64,000 bases of DNA from Nannocystis bainbridge. GTDB lineage: Bacteria; Myxococcota_A; Polyangia; Nannocystales; Nannocystaceae. The stretch covers positions 256,001 to 320,000 of the forward strand of contig NZ_JAQNDL010000001.1 of NCBI RefSeq assembly GCF_028368995.1, written 5' to 3'. Positions 30,312-40,118 of the stretch are shown one piece after another (the first letter of the stretch is position 1; each line of letters starts with the position of its first letter). The translations under genes and the position numbers were made by a program. The notes beneath the pieces were generated by a model. That model ran no database searches and had not been told where the DNA came from. It saw nothing but the letters and a program-made list of their open reading frames with translations.

Positions 30312-31516
30312 ACGCCGTCGTCCTCATCGACACCCTGCTGCTCCTGCTCGTCACCGCCACCGCGGTGGCGATCATCGAGGTCCGCAGCCTGTACGCCTCC
30401 GCGATCCTCACCGGCATCTACAGCCTCTTGATGGCGCTGGTGTGGGTCAACATGCACTCGATGGACGTCTCGTTCACCGAGGCGGCCGTCGGCGGCGGCA
30501 TCTCGACGATCCTCCTGATCGGCACGCTGGTCCACGTCGGCCGCGAAGAGAAGCCGATCAAGAAGCGGCTGCACGTCCCGGCCCTGATCTTCACCGCCCT
30601 GACCGGCGCCGCGCTGATCTACGGCACCCTCGACATGCCGCGCTTCGGCGACCCGGCGGCGCCGATCCACCACTACCGCGTGCCGGAGATGATGGCCCAG
30701 ACCGTCGGCTTCGTGAACGGCACGCCCGGCAAGCAGAAGCCGCCCGAGGGCTTCGACCTCGACCGCTACCGCCGGTTCGACGGCCGCGTCACCGGGCCCA
30801 TCCCGGACGACCCCAAGGACACCGCCTGGCGCGAGAAGTCGATCCTGCAGACCGAGGGCCTGATGGTCCCGCAGGTGCGCGCGGCGCATGAACCTCATGC
30901 GGAAGAGGGCCACCACCTCCACCCGCCCGACGACTTCAACGGCCACGTCCCGAACTCGGTCACCTCGCTGCTCGCGGCCTACCGCGGCTACGACACCATG
31001 TTCGAGACCACGGTCATCTTCACCGCCGGCATCAGCCTGATCCTGCTGCTGCGACGGCCGCGGCGCGAGGGCTACCTGCAGCCCGGCGCGGCGCTGAGCG
31101 ACCAGGTCATCCTCCGCGTCGTCACCAAGCTGTCGATCCCCTTCATCCTGATCTTCGGCTTCTACGTCATCACCCACGGCGAGCTCGGCCCCGGCGGCGG
31201 CTTCCAGGGCGGCGTGGTGCTGGCGACCGCGTTCATCCTGTACGCGCTGATCTTCGGCCGCGCCGCGCTCTACCGCGTGGTCCCGCCGCCGGTCAGCGAC
31301 ATCCTCACCGGCGTCGGCGTGCTGATCTACAGCGGCACGGGCGCCGCCTGCATGCTGCTCGGCGGCAAGTTCCTCGACTACTCGATGCTGAACCCGGCGG
31401 TGCCCGGCGACGGCGAGTCGCTGGGCATGACCCTCGTCGAGTACGGCGTCGGCCTCACCGTCAGCATGGTCATGCTCACGATCTTCAATCAGCTCGCGGA
31501 GGAGCGCTCCACGTGA
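30308..31516 (+). CDS. mnhB: Na+/H+ antiporter subunit B (DUF4040 + MnhB fusion)
   Basis: DVSFTEAAVGGG, YRGYDTMFE, HGELGPGGGFQGG. Confidence 0.88.
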   Translation: MNAVVLIDTLLLLLVTATAVAIIEVRSLYASAILTGIYSLLMALVWVNMHSMDVSFTEAAVGGGISTILLIGTLVHVGREEKPIKKRLHVPALIFTALTGAALIYGTLDMPRFGDPAAPIHHYRVPEMMAQTVGFVNGTPGKQKPPEGFDLDRYRRFDGRVTGPIPDDPKDTAWREKSILQTEGLMVPQVRAAHEPHAEEGHHLHPPDDFNGHVPNSVTSLLAAYRGYDTMFETTVIFTAGISLILLLRRPRREGYLQPGAALSDQVILRVVTKLSIPFILIFGFYVITHGELGPGGGFQGGVVLATAFILYALIFGRAALYRVVPPPVSDILTGVGVLIYSGTGAACMLLGGKFLDYSMLNPAVPGDGESLGMTLVEYGVGLTVSMVMLTIFNQLAEERST

Positions 31517-31971
31517 CCGGTGCCCTCGGGATCTACAACTACTGGATCTACGTCCTGTTGATGATGATCGGGCTCTACGGCGTCATCGCCAAGCCCAACC
31601 TGATCAAGCAGGCGATCGCGCTGGGCCTGTTCCAGACGGGGATCTTCCTCTACTACATCTCGATGGCGGTGGTCGACGGCGGCACCGCGCCGGTGTGGAC
31701 CACCATCCTCGACGGGGCCCAGAAGTACGAGGGCCCCTACGACAACCCGCTGCCGCACGTCCTGATCCTGACGGCCATCGTCGTCAGCGTCAGCGTCCTC
31801 GCGGTCGCGCTGGCGCTCATCATCAACATCAAGCGCGCCTACGGCACCATCGAGTACGACGAGATCGAGGCGATGGACCAGGCCGACAAGCGCGCCGACT
31901 ACCAGCGCGGCCAGGTCACCGACGCCGCCGACGACGTCGAGCACCGGCAAGAGGGGCATCACCATGCTTGA
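31513..31971 (+). CDS. mnhC: Na+/H+ antiporter subunit C
   Basis: NLIK and NPLPHVLILTAIVV. Confidence 0.9.
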   Translation: MTGALGIYNYWIYVLLMMIGLYGVIAKPNLIKQAIALGLFQTGIFLYYISMAVVDGGTAPVWTTILDGAQKYEGPYDNPLPHVLILTAIVVSVSVLAVALALIINIKRAYGTIEYDEIEAMDQADKRADYQRGQVTDAADDVEHRQEGHHHA

Positions 31972-33484
31972 TGCGTTCGAGATCGTCCCCAACCTCCCGG
32001 TCCTGGTCGTCACCGTGCCGCTGATCGGCGGCGTGCTCACGATCGTCATGGGCCGCGGCAAGGGCCCGTGGGCGTGGGCCACCCTCATCACCGGGCTGGT
32101 GTTCTACTTCACCGTCCTGCTGATGCAGCAGGTCCTGGCCGCAAAGACAGGTACCATCTCCTACGAGCTCGGCAACTGGCCGCGCCAGTGGGGCATCGAG
32201 TACCGGGTCGACGCGCTCAACGCCTTCATCCTGCTCACGGTCGCCGGCGTCGGCTTCGTCACCACGCTGTACGCCCAGAAGAGCGTCGAGAAGGAGATCC
32301 CGCAGGACCGCCACAACTTCTTCTACGCGGTGTGGATCCTGGCGATCTGCGGCCTTTTGGGCATCACGGTCACCGGCGACGCCTTCAACGTCTACGTCCT
32401 GCTCGAGATCAGCTCGCTCACCGTGTACGCGCTGATCGCCATGGGCAAGGACATGAACCGCCAGGCGCTCACCGCCAGCCTGCGCTACCTGATCCTCGGC
32501 TCGGTCGGCGCCAGCTTCATCCTCCTCGGCATCGGTTACCTGATGATGGTCACCGGCACGCTCAACATGGAGGACATGCACGACCGCCTGGCGGCCCTGC
32601 CCGACGCGGTCCACAACCGCACGGTCCTGGTCGCGTTCGCGTTCCTGCTGGTCGGCCTGGGCATGAAGATGGCCCTGTTCCCGCTGCACATGTGGCTGCC
32701 GAAGGCCTACACCTACGCGCCCTCGGCCGTCAGCGCCCTGCTGTCGGCCACGGCGACGAAGGTCGGCATCTACATGGCCTTCCGGTTCCTGTTTACGATC
32801 TTCGGCGTCGGCTTCTCGTTCGTCGCCATGCCGGCCAACGTGGTCCTCAGCGTCGCCGCCTGCACCGGCATCCTCGTCACCGGCGTCACCGCGGTGCGCC
32901 AGACCAACCTGAAGCGCATGCTGGCCTACTCCTCGGTCGGTCAGCTCGGCTACATCGTCGCCGGCTTCTCGCTCGCCAACGTCAACGGCGTCGCCGGCTC
33001 GGTCGTCCACATCTTCAACCACGCGGTGATGAAGGGCGGCATGTTCATGGCCGCCGGCGCGATCATGTACCGCCTCGGCCGCTGCGACCTGCGGGCCGTG
33101 CGCGGCCTCGGCAAGCGCATGCCGCTGACGATGGCCGCGTTCGTGGCCGGCGGCCTCGGCCTGGTCGGCTTCCCGCTGACGGCCGGCTTCATCTCGAAGT
33201 GGTACCTCGTGCAGGGCGCGCTCGAGGCCCCGCACATGTGGCCGGTCGCCGCCGTCGTCCTGGTCGGCTCGCTGCTGGCCGTCGCCTACACCTGGCGCGT
33301 GGTCGAGGCCGCGTACTTCCAGGAGCCCGAGGGCGACAGCGCCCTCGTCACCGAGGCGCCGCTTTCGATGGTCCTGCCGATGTGGATCCTCATCGGCGCC
33401 AGCGTGTACTTCGGCGTGTCCGCCACCTTCACCGGCGACATCAGCATGCGGGCCGCCAAGAGCCTGCTCGGAGGGGCCCCATGA
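31964..33484 (+). CDS. mnhD: Na+/H+ antiporter subunit D
   Basis: GDAFNVYVLLE, KMALFPLHMWLPKAY, KRMLAYSS, NHAVMKG, GFISKW. Confidence 0.92.
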   Translation: MLDAFEIVPNLPVLVVTVPLIGGVLTIVMGRGKGPWAWATLITGLVFYFTVLLMQQVLAAKTGTISYELGNWPRQWGIEYRVDALNAFILLTVAGVGFVTTLYAQKSVEKEIPQDRHNFFYAVWILAICGLLGITVTGDAFNVYVLLEISSLTVYALIAMGKDMNRQALTASLRYLILGSVGASFILLGIGYLMMVTGTLNMEDMHDRLAALPDAVHNRTVLVAFAFLLVGLGMKMALFPLHMWLPKAYTYAPSAVSALLSATATKVGIYMAFRFLFTIFGVGFSFVAMPANVVLSVAACTGILVTGVTAVRQTNLKRMLAYSSVGQLGYIVAGFSLANVNGVAGSVVHIFNHAVMKGGMFMAAGAIMYRLGRCDLRAVRGLGKRMPLTMAAFVAGGLGLVGFPLTAGFISKWYLVQGALEAPHMWPVAAVVLVGSLLAVAYTWRVVEAAYFQEPEGDSALVTEAPLSMVLPMWILIGASVYFGVSATFTGDISMRAAKSLLGGAP

Positions 33485-35055
33485 TCCACTTCGACGTGAG
33501 CCCGCCGCTGCTGGCGCTCTACATCCCGCTGCTCGGCGCCCTGCTGATCTCGCTCGCGGGCCGCTGGCCCAACCTGCGCGAGCTCGTCACCCTGCTGACC
33601 GCCGGCGCGCTGCTGTGGGTGGTCGGCGGCATGGCCCCGGCGGTGCTCGCCGACGACTTCTGGGCCAGCTTCGCCAAGGCGCCGGCGCTCAAGCTCGCCG
33701 AGGTGCTGCCCGGCGTGTGGCTCGAGCTCAAGGTCGAGCCGCTCGGCATGCTGTTCGCGCTGATCGCCAGCAGCCTGTGGATCCTCAACTCGATCTATTC
33801 GATCGGCTACATGCGCGGCAACCACGAGAAGAACCAGACCCGGTTCTACGTGTGCTTCGCCCTGGCGATCGCCAGCGTCATCGGCCTCGCCTTCGCCGGC
33901 AACCTGTTCACCCTGTTCGTGTTCTACGAGGCGCTGACCCTGACCACCTACCCGCTGGTGGCCCACAAGGGCTCGGCCGAGGCCATCCGCTCGGCCCGCA
34001 CCTACCTCGGGATCCTCGTCGTCACCTCGGTCTGCTTCCTGCTGTCCGGCATCATCGCCACCTACGCGTTCACCGACGGTGACATGACCTTCCGGCCAGG
34101 TGGCGTGTTCAGGCGCGCGCTGGCCGACGGAAGTCTCACCGCGCCCACCTTGGGAATTCTCTTCGTCCTGTACATGTACGGCATCGGCAAGGCGGCTTTG
34201 ATGCCGGTGCACCGCTGGCTGCCGGCCGCCATGGTCGCGCCGACCCCGGTGTCGGCGCTGCTGCACGCGGTGGCGGTGGTGAAGGCCGGCGTCTTCACCG
34301 TCCTCAAGGTAATCGTCTACGTGTTCGGTCCGGCCGTGCTGGTGCGCTACGGCGTCGGCTCGTGGCTGATCTACGTGGCTGGCGCGACCATCCTGATCGC
34401 GTCCTGCATCGCCCTGTTCCAGGACAACCTCAAGCGGCGGCTGGCCTACTCCACCGTCAGTCAGCTCAGCTACGTCATCATCGCCGCCGCCCTGCTGTCG
34501 CCGCTGTCGATCACGGCCGCGGCGCTGCACATCGCCGCCCACGCGTTCGGCAAGATCACCCTGTTCTTCGCCGCCGGCTCGATCTACACCGCCGCGCACA
34601 AGACCGAGATCAGCCAGCTCGACGGCATCGGCCGGCGCATGCCGTTCACCATGGGCGCGTTCACCATCGGCGCGCTGTCGATGATCGGCCTGCCGCCGAC
34701 GGCCGGCTTCGTCAGCAAGTGGTACCTGCTGCAGGCCACCTGGGAGACCGATGCCCCGTTCGTGCTGGTCGTCGTCGTCCTGTCGACCCTGCTCAACGCC
34801 GCCTACTTCCTGCCGATCGTCTATCGCGCCTTCTTCGTCGCCGAGGCCAAGCACGACGACGCGCACCACTCCTCGGCCGACGGGCACTTCGGCGACGACG
34901 GCGACCACCACGGCCACCACGCCGGCGACCACGGCGAGGCCCCGTGGCCGATCGTCGTCGCCCTGTCGTGCACGGCGCTCGCCACCATCGCCTTCTTCTT
35001 CTATAGCGACCTCGCCATCGGCCTGGCGAACCAGCTCCGGAGCGGCCTGCCATGA
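33481..35055 (+). CDS. Na+/H+ antiporter subunit D-like (MrpD/NuoL family)
   Basis: NLFTLFVFYE, HRWLPAAMVAPTPVSALLHAVAVVKAG, KRRLAYST; His-rich loop near the C-terminus. Confidence 0.9.
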   Translation: MIHFDVSPPLLALYIPLLGALLISLAGRWPNLRELVTLLTAGALLWVVGGMAPAVLADDFWASFAKAPALKLAEVLPGVWLELKVEPLGMLFALIASSLWILNSIYSIGYMRGNHEKNQTRFYVCFALAIASVIGLAFAGNLFTLFVFYEALTLTTYPLVAHKGSAEAIRSARTYLGILVVTSVCFLLSGIIATYAFTDGDMTFRPGGVFRRALADGSLTAPTLGILFVLYMYGIGKAALMPVHRWLPAAMVAPTPVSALLHAVAVVKAGVFTVLKVIVYVFGPAVLVRYGVGSWLIYVAGATILIASCIALFQDNLKRRLAYSTVSQLSYVIIAAALLSPLSITAAALHIAAHAFGKITLFFAAGSIYTAAHKTEISQLDGIGRRMPFTMGAFTIGALSMIGLPPTAGFVSKWYLLQATWETDAPFVLVVVVLSTLLNAAYFLPIVYRAFFVAEAKHDDAHHSSADGHFGDDGDHHGHHAGDHGEAPWPIVVALSCTALATIAFFFYSDLAIGLANQLRSGLP

Positions 35056-35297
35056 GCCTCGAAGACCCGCAGACGATTCGCAAGTTGTGGATTGGTTCGC
35101 TCGCCGTGCTGGCCCTGCTGGTGCTGGCTGACTTTTGGGCCAGGCAGGACCCACACCACCACGCTCACTTCGGCATCGACGGCGCGTTCGGCTTCTACAC
35201 CTGGTACGGCTTCGGCGTGTGCGCCGTCATGGTCCTGGTGTCCAAGTTCGTCGTCGGCCTGCTCTTGAAGCGGAAGGACACCTTCTACGATGACTGA
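35052..35297 (+). CDS. Small two-TM protein of the mrp operon
   Basis: ATGA overlap with the upstream gene and 8-bp overlap with the downstream gene; two hydrophobic helices; FGFYTWYGF and LKRKDTFYD. Confidence 0.8.
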   Translation: MSLEDPQTIRKLWIGSLAVLALLVLADFWARQDPHHHAHFGIDGAFGFYTWYGFGVCAVMVLVSKFVVGLLLKRKDTFYDD

Positions 35298-37089
35298 GTC
35301 GGTCGGCTTGCCTCCTCCGGGCCTCATCCTGGTCCTCGGCGGTCTCCTGCTGCCGCTGCTGCGCGGGCTCGGCCCGGCCGTCGCGCTGCTGCTGCCGCTG
35401 CTGACGCTGGCCGCGATCTGGGCCATCCCCCACGACCTCGTTGTCACGCTCCCGTTCATGGGCCAGTACGACCTCACGGTCCTGGCCTTCAATCCGCCGA
35501 CCCGCGTGTTCGCCACCATCTTCGCGGTGATGGCCTTCGCCGGGGCCCTGTTCGCCCACCCGATCGCCGGCCTCGACAGCGAACGCGGCCGGCGCTGGCG
35601 CGTCGAGCTGCCCGCGGCCTTCGTCTACGCCGGCTCGGCCATCTGCGTCACCTTCGCCGGCGACATCCTCAGCCTGTTCGTGTTCTGGGAGCTCATGGCG
35701 GTCGGCTCGACCACCGTGATCTGGAGCGCCGGCACCAAGGAGGCCGGGCGCGCCGGCTACCGCTACGCCCTGGTCCACTTCGTCGGCGGCGTGCTGCTGA
35801 TGGCCGGCATCCTCGCCAAGGTGTTCGCGCTCCAGGCCGCCGGCGTGGCCGACCCGCTGGCGCTGCACCACTTCTTCTTCGGCGCCGCCGGCTTCGAGGG
35901 CCTGTCCTTCGGGGCAGGTGACGCCGCCGCCTGGTTGATCCTGCTCGGCATCCTCGTCAACGCCGCCGCCCCGCCGCTCGGCTCGTGGCTGGCCGACGCC
36001 TACCCGGAGGCGTCCGAGAGCGGCACCGTGTTCCTGTCGGCCTTCACCACCAAGACGGCCGTCTACGTGCTCATGCTGCTGTTCGCCGGCACCCAGCTGC
36101 TGATCTACGTCGGCCTGTTGATGGCGGTGTACGGCATCGTCTACGCCATCCTCGAGAACGACATGCGGCGGATCCTCGCCTACTCGATCGTCAACCAGGT
36201 CGGGTTCATGGTCTGCGGGATCGGCATCGGCACCGCCATGGCGCTCAACGGCGCCGCCGCCCACGCCTTCGCCCACATCGTCTACAAGGCGCTGCTGCTG
36301 ATGTCGGCCGGCTCGGTCCTCTACATGACCGGCAAGCGCAAGTGCACCGACCTCGGCGGCCTCTATCACTCGATGCCGATCACGATGACGTGCGGCATCA
36401 TCGGCGCCCTGGCGATCTCGTCGTTCCCGCTGACCTCGGGCTTCGTCACCAAGTCGATGATCAACCAGGCCGCCGCCGACCAGCACCTCGCGCTCGCGTG
36501 GTTCACGCTGACCGCGGCCTCGGCGGGCGTGTTCCTGCACGCCGGCATCAAGTTCCCGTGGTTCGTGTTCTTCCAGAAAGACTCGGGCCTGCGCCCGCCG
36601 GACCCGCCGTGGAACATGCGCGCGGCGATGATCTTCTTCGCCGCCGTCTGCATCCTCCTCGGCGTCCCCGGCGTCTACGGCCCGCTCTACAGCATCCTGC
36701 CGTTCCCGGCCGCCGCGGGCGAGACCCTCTACGCGCCCTACACCGTCCCGCACGTCATCAACCAGCTGCAGCTGCTGCTGTTCTCGGGCCTGGCGTTCTT
36801 CGCCCTGCTCCCGGTCCTCAAGCGCACGCTGACGATCACCCTCGACGCCGACTGGTTCTACCGCCGCCTGTTCCCCGGCGTGTGGAAGCACCTCGTGCGC
36901 CCCGTCGTGCTCGCCTTCCGTGAGCTGTTCGACTACCTGTTCGGCCACATGCCGCAGATGGTCAAGGACCTGGTCTACTCGCCGCCGCAGGAGTCGGCCA
37001 TGTTCAAGGAGTGGGGCCTCGGCGGCGCCATGGTCGTGATCACCGGCTTCCTGTTCGCCTTCCTGGTGCTCGGCTACATCGCCGTCTGA
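35290..37089 (+). CDS. Na+/H+ antiporter subunit D-like (third MrpA/D paralog)
   Basis: FVFWELMA, WLADAYPEAS, FLSAFTTKTAVY, RRILAYS, HAFAHIVYKALL, SGFVTKS. Confidence 0.9.
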   Translation: MTESVGLPPPGLILVLGGLLLPLLRGLGPAVALLLPLLTLAAIWAIPHDLVVTLPFMGQYDLTVLAFNPPTRVFATIFAVMAFAGALFAHPIAGLDSERGRRWRVELPAAFVYAGSAICVTFAGDILSLFVFWELMAVGSTTVIWSAGTKEAGRAGYRYALVHFVGGVLLMAGILAKVFALQAAGVADPLALHHFFFGAAGFEGLSFGAGDAAAWLILLGILVNAAAPPLGSWLADAYPEASESGTVFLSAFTTKTAVYVLMLLFAGTQLLIYVGLLMAVYGIVYAILENDMRRILAYSIVNQVGFMVCGIGIGTAMALNGAAAHAFAHIVYKALLLMSAGSVLYMTGKRKCTDLGGLYHSMPITMTCGIIGALAISSFPLTSGFVTKSMINQAAADQHLALAWFTLTAASAGVFLHAGIKFPWFVFFQKDSGLRPPDPPWNMRAAMIFFAAVCILLGVPGVYGPLYSILPFPAAAGETLYAPYTVPHVINQLQLLLFSGLAFFALLPVLKRTLTITLDADWFYRRLFPGVWKHLVRPVVLAFRELFDYLFGHMPQMVKDLVYSPPQESAMFKEWGLGGAMVVITGFLFAFLVLGYIAV

Positions 37090-37273
37090 GCGGACCCGTC
37101 CGCACGCCGCCCGCGGGCCGCGCGAACCTCCAGGTTCCGCGGCCCGTCGCACGTTCGAGGTCCGATCGGCGCCCGAGCCTGGGCACGGCGCCCCGGGCCA
37201 CATTGAGAGCGTACGCGCCCGCAGGTCCGGCGCTCCGCGTCGCCGGCGATTGCTCGACGCCATGCACCCCTGT

Positions 37274-37353
37274 GGACATGTCTCATCGAGAATGTCTTGA
37301 AGGACATGCTCTTTACGACATGTCTTCGAGGACATCCACGTCATGACATCGTC
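37274..37353. repeat. Six-unit 14-bp-period palindromic array
   Basis: ggacatgtct-catc-gagaatgtct-tgaa-ggacatgctc-ttta-cgacatgtct-tcga-ggacatccac-gtca-tgacatcgtc. Confidence 0.88.
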
Positions 37354-37401
37354 CGATCGCAGTCGGGGCCATGCACGGGCCGCTCGCGCTACACCGGGAT
37401 C

Positions 37402-40026
37402 ATGACGATCCGGCTGTCTGCGCTGTTCGGCCTCGGCATCCTCCTCGCGTGCAGTCGCTCCGCGACCACCCCGCTCGCCTACCCCGAGCTCTTGCCCGAG
37501 CCCGACTGGCAGCAGCTCGAGGTCCCCGTGCGCGCCGCCGAAGCGCGACCCGAGCCCCCGCCCGTCGCCCTCGCCGACGGTGAAGTCCGCGACGTCGTCT
37601 ACACCGACCCGGGCGCGCTCCCGCAGCTCATGCACGCCGGCGTCGCCTTGCCCCTGCGCAACACCGACGTGCGCGCCCACCTGCGCGGCCCCGTCGCCGA
37701 GGTCGTCGTCCGCCAGCGCTTCGTCAACGACAACGCCGCCGCGCTCGACGCCGTCTACACCTTCCCCTTGCCCGAGAACAGCGCCGTCACCGACATGCGC
37801 ATGATCGTCGGCGCGCGCACGATCGAGGCCGAGATCCGCGAGCGCGCCCAGGCGCGGGCCGAGTACACCGCGGCCCGCGACGCCGGCCACACCGCCGCGC
37901 TGCTCGAGCAGGAGCGGCCCAACGTCTTCACCCAGTCGCTCGCCAACATCCCGTCGGGCGAGACCGTCGAGGTCGAGCTGCGCTACCTGCAGACCCTGAG
38001 CTACGACGCCGGCGAGTACGAGTTCGTGTTCCCCACCGTCGTCGGCCCGCGCTACCTCCCCGGCGATCCGCTCGCGCGCCGCAGCGAGGGCAGCGGCACC
38101 CGCTCCGACACCGACCGCGTCCCCGACGCCTCGCGGGTCTCCCCGCCCGTGCTCGGCCGCGGCCTGCGGACCGGGCACGACCTCTCGATCTCTGTCGTCG
38201 CCGAGGCCGCCACCCCGATCGTCGCCTGGGCCGCACCCGCGCACGTCGTCACCGCCGACGCGACCGACGGCCACCTCCGCGTCGCCCTCGCCCGCCGCGA
38301 CGAGATCCCCAACCGCGATTTCGTCCTGCGCTACCGCAGCGCCGCCGCCCAGCCGGCCGCCAAGCTGTTCCTCGGGCCAGCCGACGGCGCCTCGGGCGGC
38401 CACTTCCTGCTCGTCGTCGATCCGCCGCGCCTCGACGTCGAAGCCGCCGTCGGCCGCCGCGAGCTGCTGTTCGTCGTCGACGTGTCCGGCTCGATGTCGG
38501 GCGCCCCGCTCGCGCTCGCCAAGGCCGCCATGCGCGAGGCCCTCGCGCGCGCCCGGCCGGTCGACACCTTCGACGTCATCACCTTCGCCGGCAGCTCCCG
38601 GCGCCTGTTCGGCGCGCCGCGGCCGGCCAACGCCGAGAACCTGGCCCAGGCCGTCGAGTTCGTCGACAGCCTCGGCGCCGGCGGCGGCACCGAGATGCTC
38701 GCGGCCGTCGACGCCGCGCTCGCCAGCCCGGTCGAGGCTGGCCGTCACCGCTACGTCTTCCTCATGACCGACGGCTACATCAGCGAGGAGGACGCGATCG
38801 CTCGCGCCGCGCACGACCTGCTCGAGCGCCAGCGCGCCCACCATCGCCGCGCCCGCGTGTTCGGCGTCGGCATCGGCGACGCGCCCAACAGCCACCTGAT
38901 CGCCGCGATCTCCAGGGCCGGCGACGGCGCCGCGCTGCACGTGCGCCGCCCCGCCGACCTCGCGCGCGCCGGCCAGGTCATCGAGCGCACCATCGACGCC
39001 CCCGTGCTCACCGGCGTCACCATCGACTGGGGCAGCCTCGCGCCGCGCGACCTCTCGGTCTCGCTGCCACCTGACCTTTTGGCCAGCCATCCGCTGGTCG
39101 TGCACGGCCGCTACGAGGGCGCCCCGCCGGCCGAGCTGCGCCTGCGCGCCCGCGTCGGCGAGCGCTCCGTCAGCTTCCCGATCGAGGTCGTGCGCAGCGA
39201 CGAATCGGGCCGCACCCTCGCGCGCCTGTGGGCCCGCGAGCAGATCGGCGCCCTCGACCTCGCGCGCGCCACCGCCGGATCGGCCGAGGACGCGCAGCAG
39301 GCCCGGCGATCGATCTTGCAGCTCGGCCTGCAGCACCACCTCGTCACCGCCTACACCAGCCTGGTCGCCGTCGATCGCACGCGCCGCGTCGAGGGCCTCG
39401 CCGCCGAGGTCGTCCAGCCGGTCGAAACGGTCGCCGGCACGGACAACGCCCAGGTCACCAGGCTCCGCTCCGATCAGGTCCGCTACATCCCGGTCGGCGG
39501 CACCAACCGCGACTTCACGGCCGTCGTCGAACTGGCACCCACCGCCAGCCGCGACGCCGCGGGCATCCGCCTCGGCGGGACCACGGCCGCCGAGGCGCGC
39601 TACGTCATCGACGCTCAGCGCGGCGACCTCGCGACCTTCGGCGCCCCGCCCTCGGAGGCCCTGGGCAACCCCGGCCGCGGCTTCGCCGGCGTCGAGCCGT
39701 ACGCCCGCGCCCGCATCGGCGCCGTCAGCGGGGCCAGCGACGCCGAGGCCGTCCGCCTGCGCGCCCTCCTGCGCGCCGACGCCGAGTCGCTCGCGCTGTG
39801 TTTCCTCGACGCCGGCGACACCACCTACCGCGTCCACCGCCGGTTCGTGCTCGTCGTCCACCTCACCGCCGCCGGCGGCCTCGCGCGCATGGAGGTCAAG
39901 GGCCGCTCGCCGCTCAGCCCGGGCCTCACCGCCTGCCTGCGCCAGAAGGTCTACCCGCGGGTCCGCGGCGTCGTCAGCCCCGGAACCACCATCGAGATCG
40001 ACCTCGGCGTGTGGATGCGCTTCTAG
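37402..40026 (+). CDS. VIT + vWA domain lipoprotein with C-terminal plug-like and AgmX/PglI-like segments
   Basis: Lipobox GILLAC; VIT motifs AVYTFPLP and LLEQERPNVF; MIDAS DVSGSM and FLMTDG; LVTAYTSLVAVD. Confidence 0.88.
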   Translation: MTIRLSALFGLGILLACSRSATTPLAYPELLPEPDWQQLEVPVRAAEARPEPPPVALADGEVRDVVYTDPGALPQLMHAGVALPLRNTDVRAHLRGPVAEVVVRQRFVNDNAAALDAVYTFPLPENSAVTDMRMIVGARTIEAEIRERAQARAEYTAARDAGHTAALLEQERPNVFTQSLANIPSGETVEVELRYLQTLSYDAGEYEFVFPTVVGPRYLPGDPLARRSEGSGTRSDTDRVPDASRVSPPVLGRGLRTGHDLSISVVAEAATPIVAWAAPAHVVTADATDGHLRVALARRDEIPNRDFVLRYRSAAAQPAAKLFLGPADGASGGHFLLVVDPPRLDVEAAVGRRELLFVVDVSGSMSGAPLALAKAAMREALARARPVDTFDVITFAGSSRRLFGAPRPANAENLAQAVEFVDSLGAGGGTEMLAAVDAALASPVEAGRHRYVFLMTDGYISEEDAIARAAHDLLERQRAHHRRARVFGVGIGDAPNSHLIAAISRAGDGAALHVRRPADLARAGQVIERTIDAPVLTGVTIDWGSLAPRDLSVSLPPDLLASHPLVVHGRYEGAPPAELRLRARVGERSVSFPIEVVRSDESGRTLARLWAREQIGALDLARATAGSAEDAQQARRSILQLGLQHHLVTAYTSLVAVDRTRRVEGLAAEVVQPVETVAGTDNAQVTRLRSDQVRYIPVGGTNRDFTAVVELAPTASRDAAGIRLGGTTAAEARYVIDAQRGDLATFGAPPSEALGNPGRGFAGVEPYARARIGAVSGASDAEAVRLRALLRADAESLALCFLDAGDTTYRVHRRFVLVVHLTAAGGLARMEVKGRSPLSPGLTACLRQKVYPRVRGVVSPGTTIEIDLGVWMRF

Positions 40027-40033
40027 CTCCCGA

Positions 40034-40099
40034 GGACATGCCCGATCGAGCATGTCCGTACGGACATAAACCAAGGGACATGCTCCGAGGAGCATGTCC
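40034..40099. repeat. Five-unit 14-bp-period palindromic array
   Basis: ggacatgccc-gatc-gagcatgtcc-gtac-ggacataaac-caag-ggacatgctc-cgag-gagcatgtcc, between convergent genes. Confidence 0.9.
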
Positions 40100-40118
40100 C
40101 TTCATGGTACCCGCAGCG

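Noticed and set aside
35227-40095. Very long antisense or alternative-frame ORFs (e.g. 35227..40095 -, 19485..22862 -, 23554..26256 +, 16739..19501 -)
   Set aside because: These are shadow ORFs typical of high-GC DNA. They overlap well-supported genes and show no family motifs.
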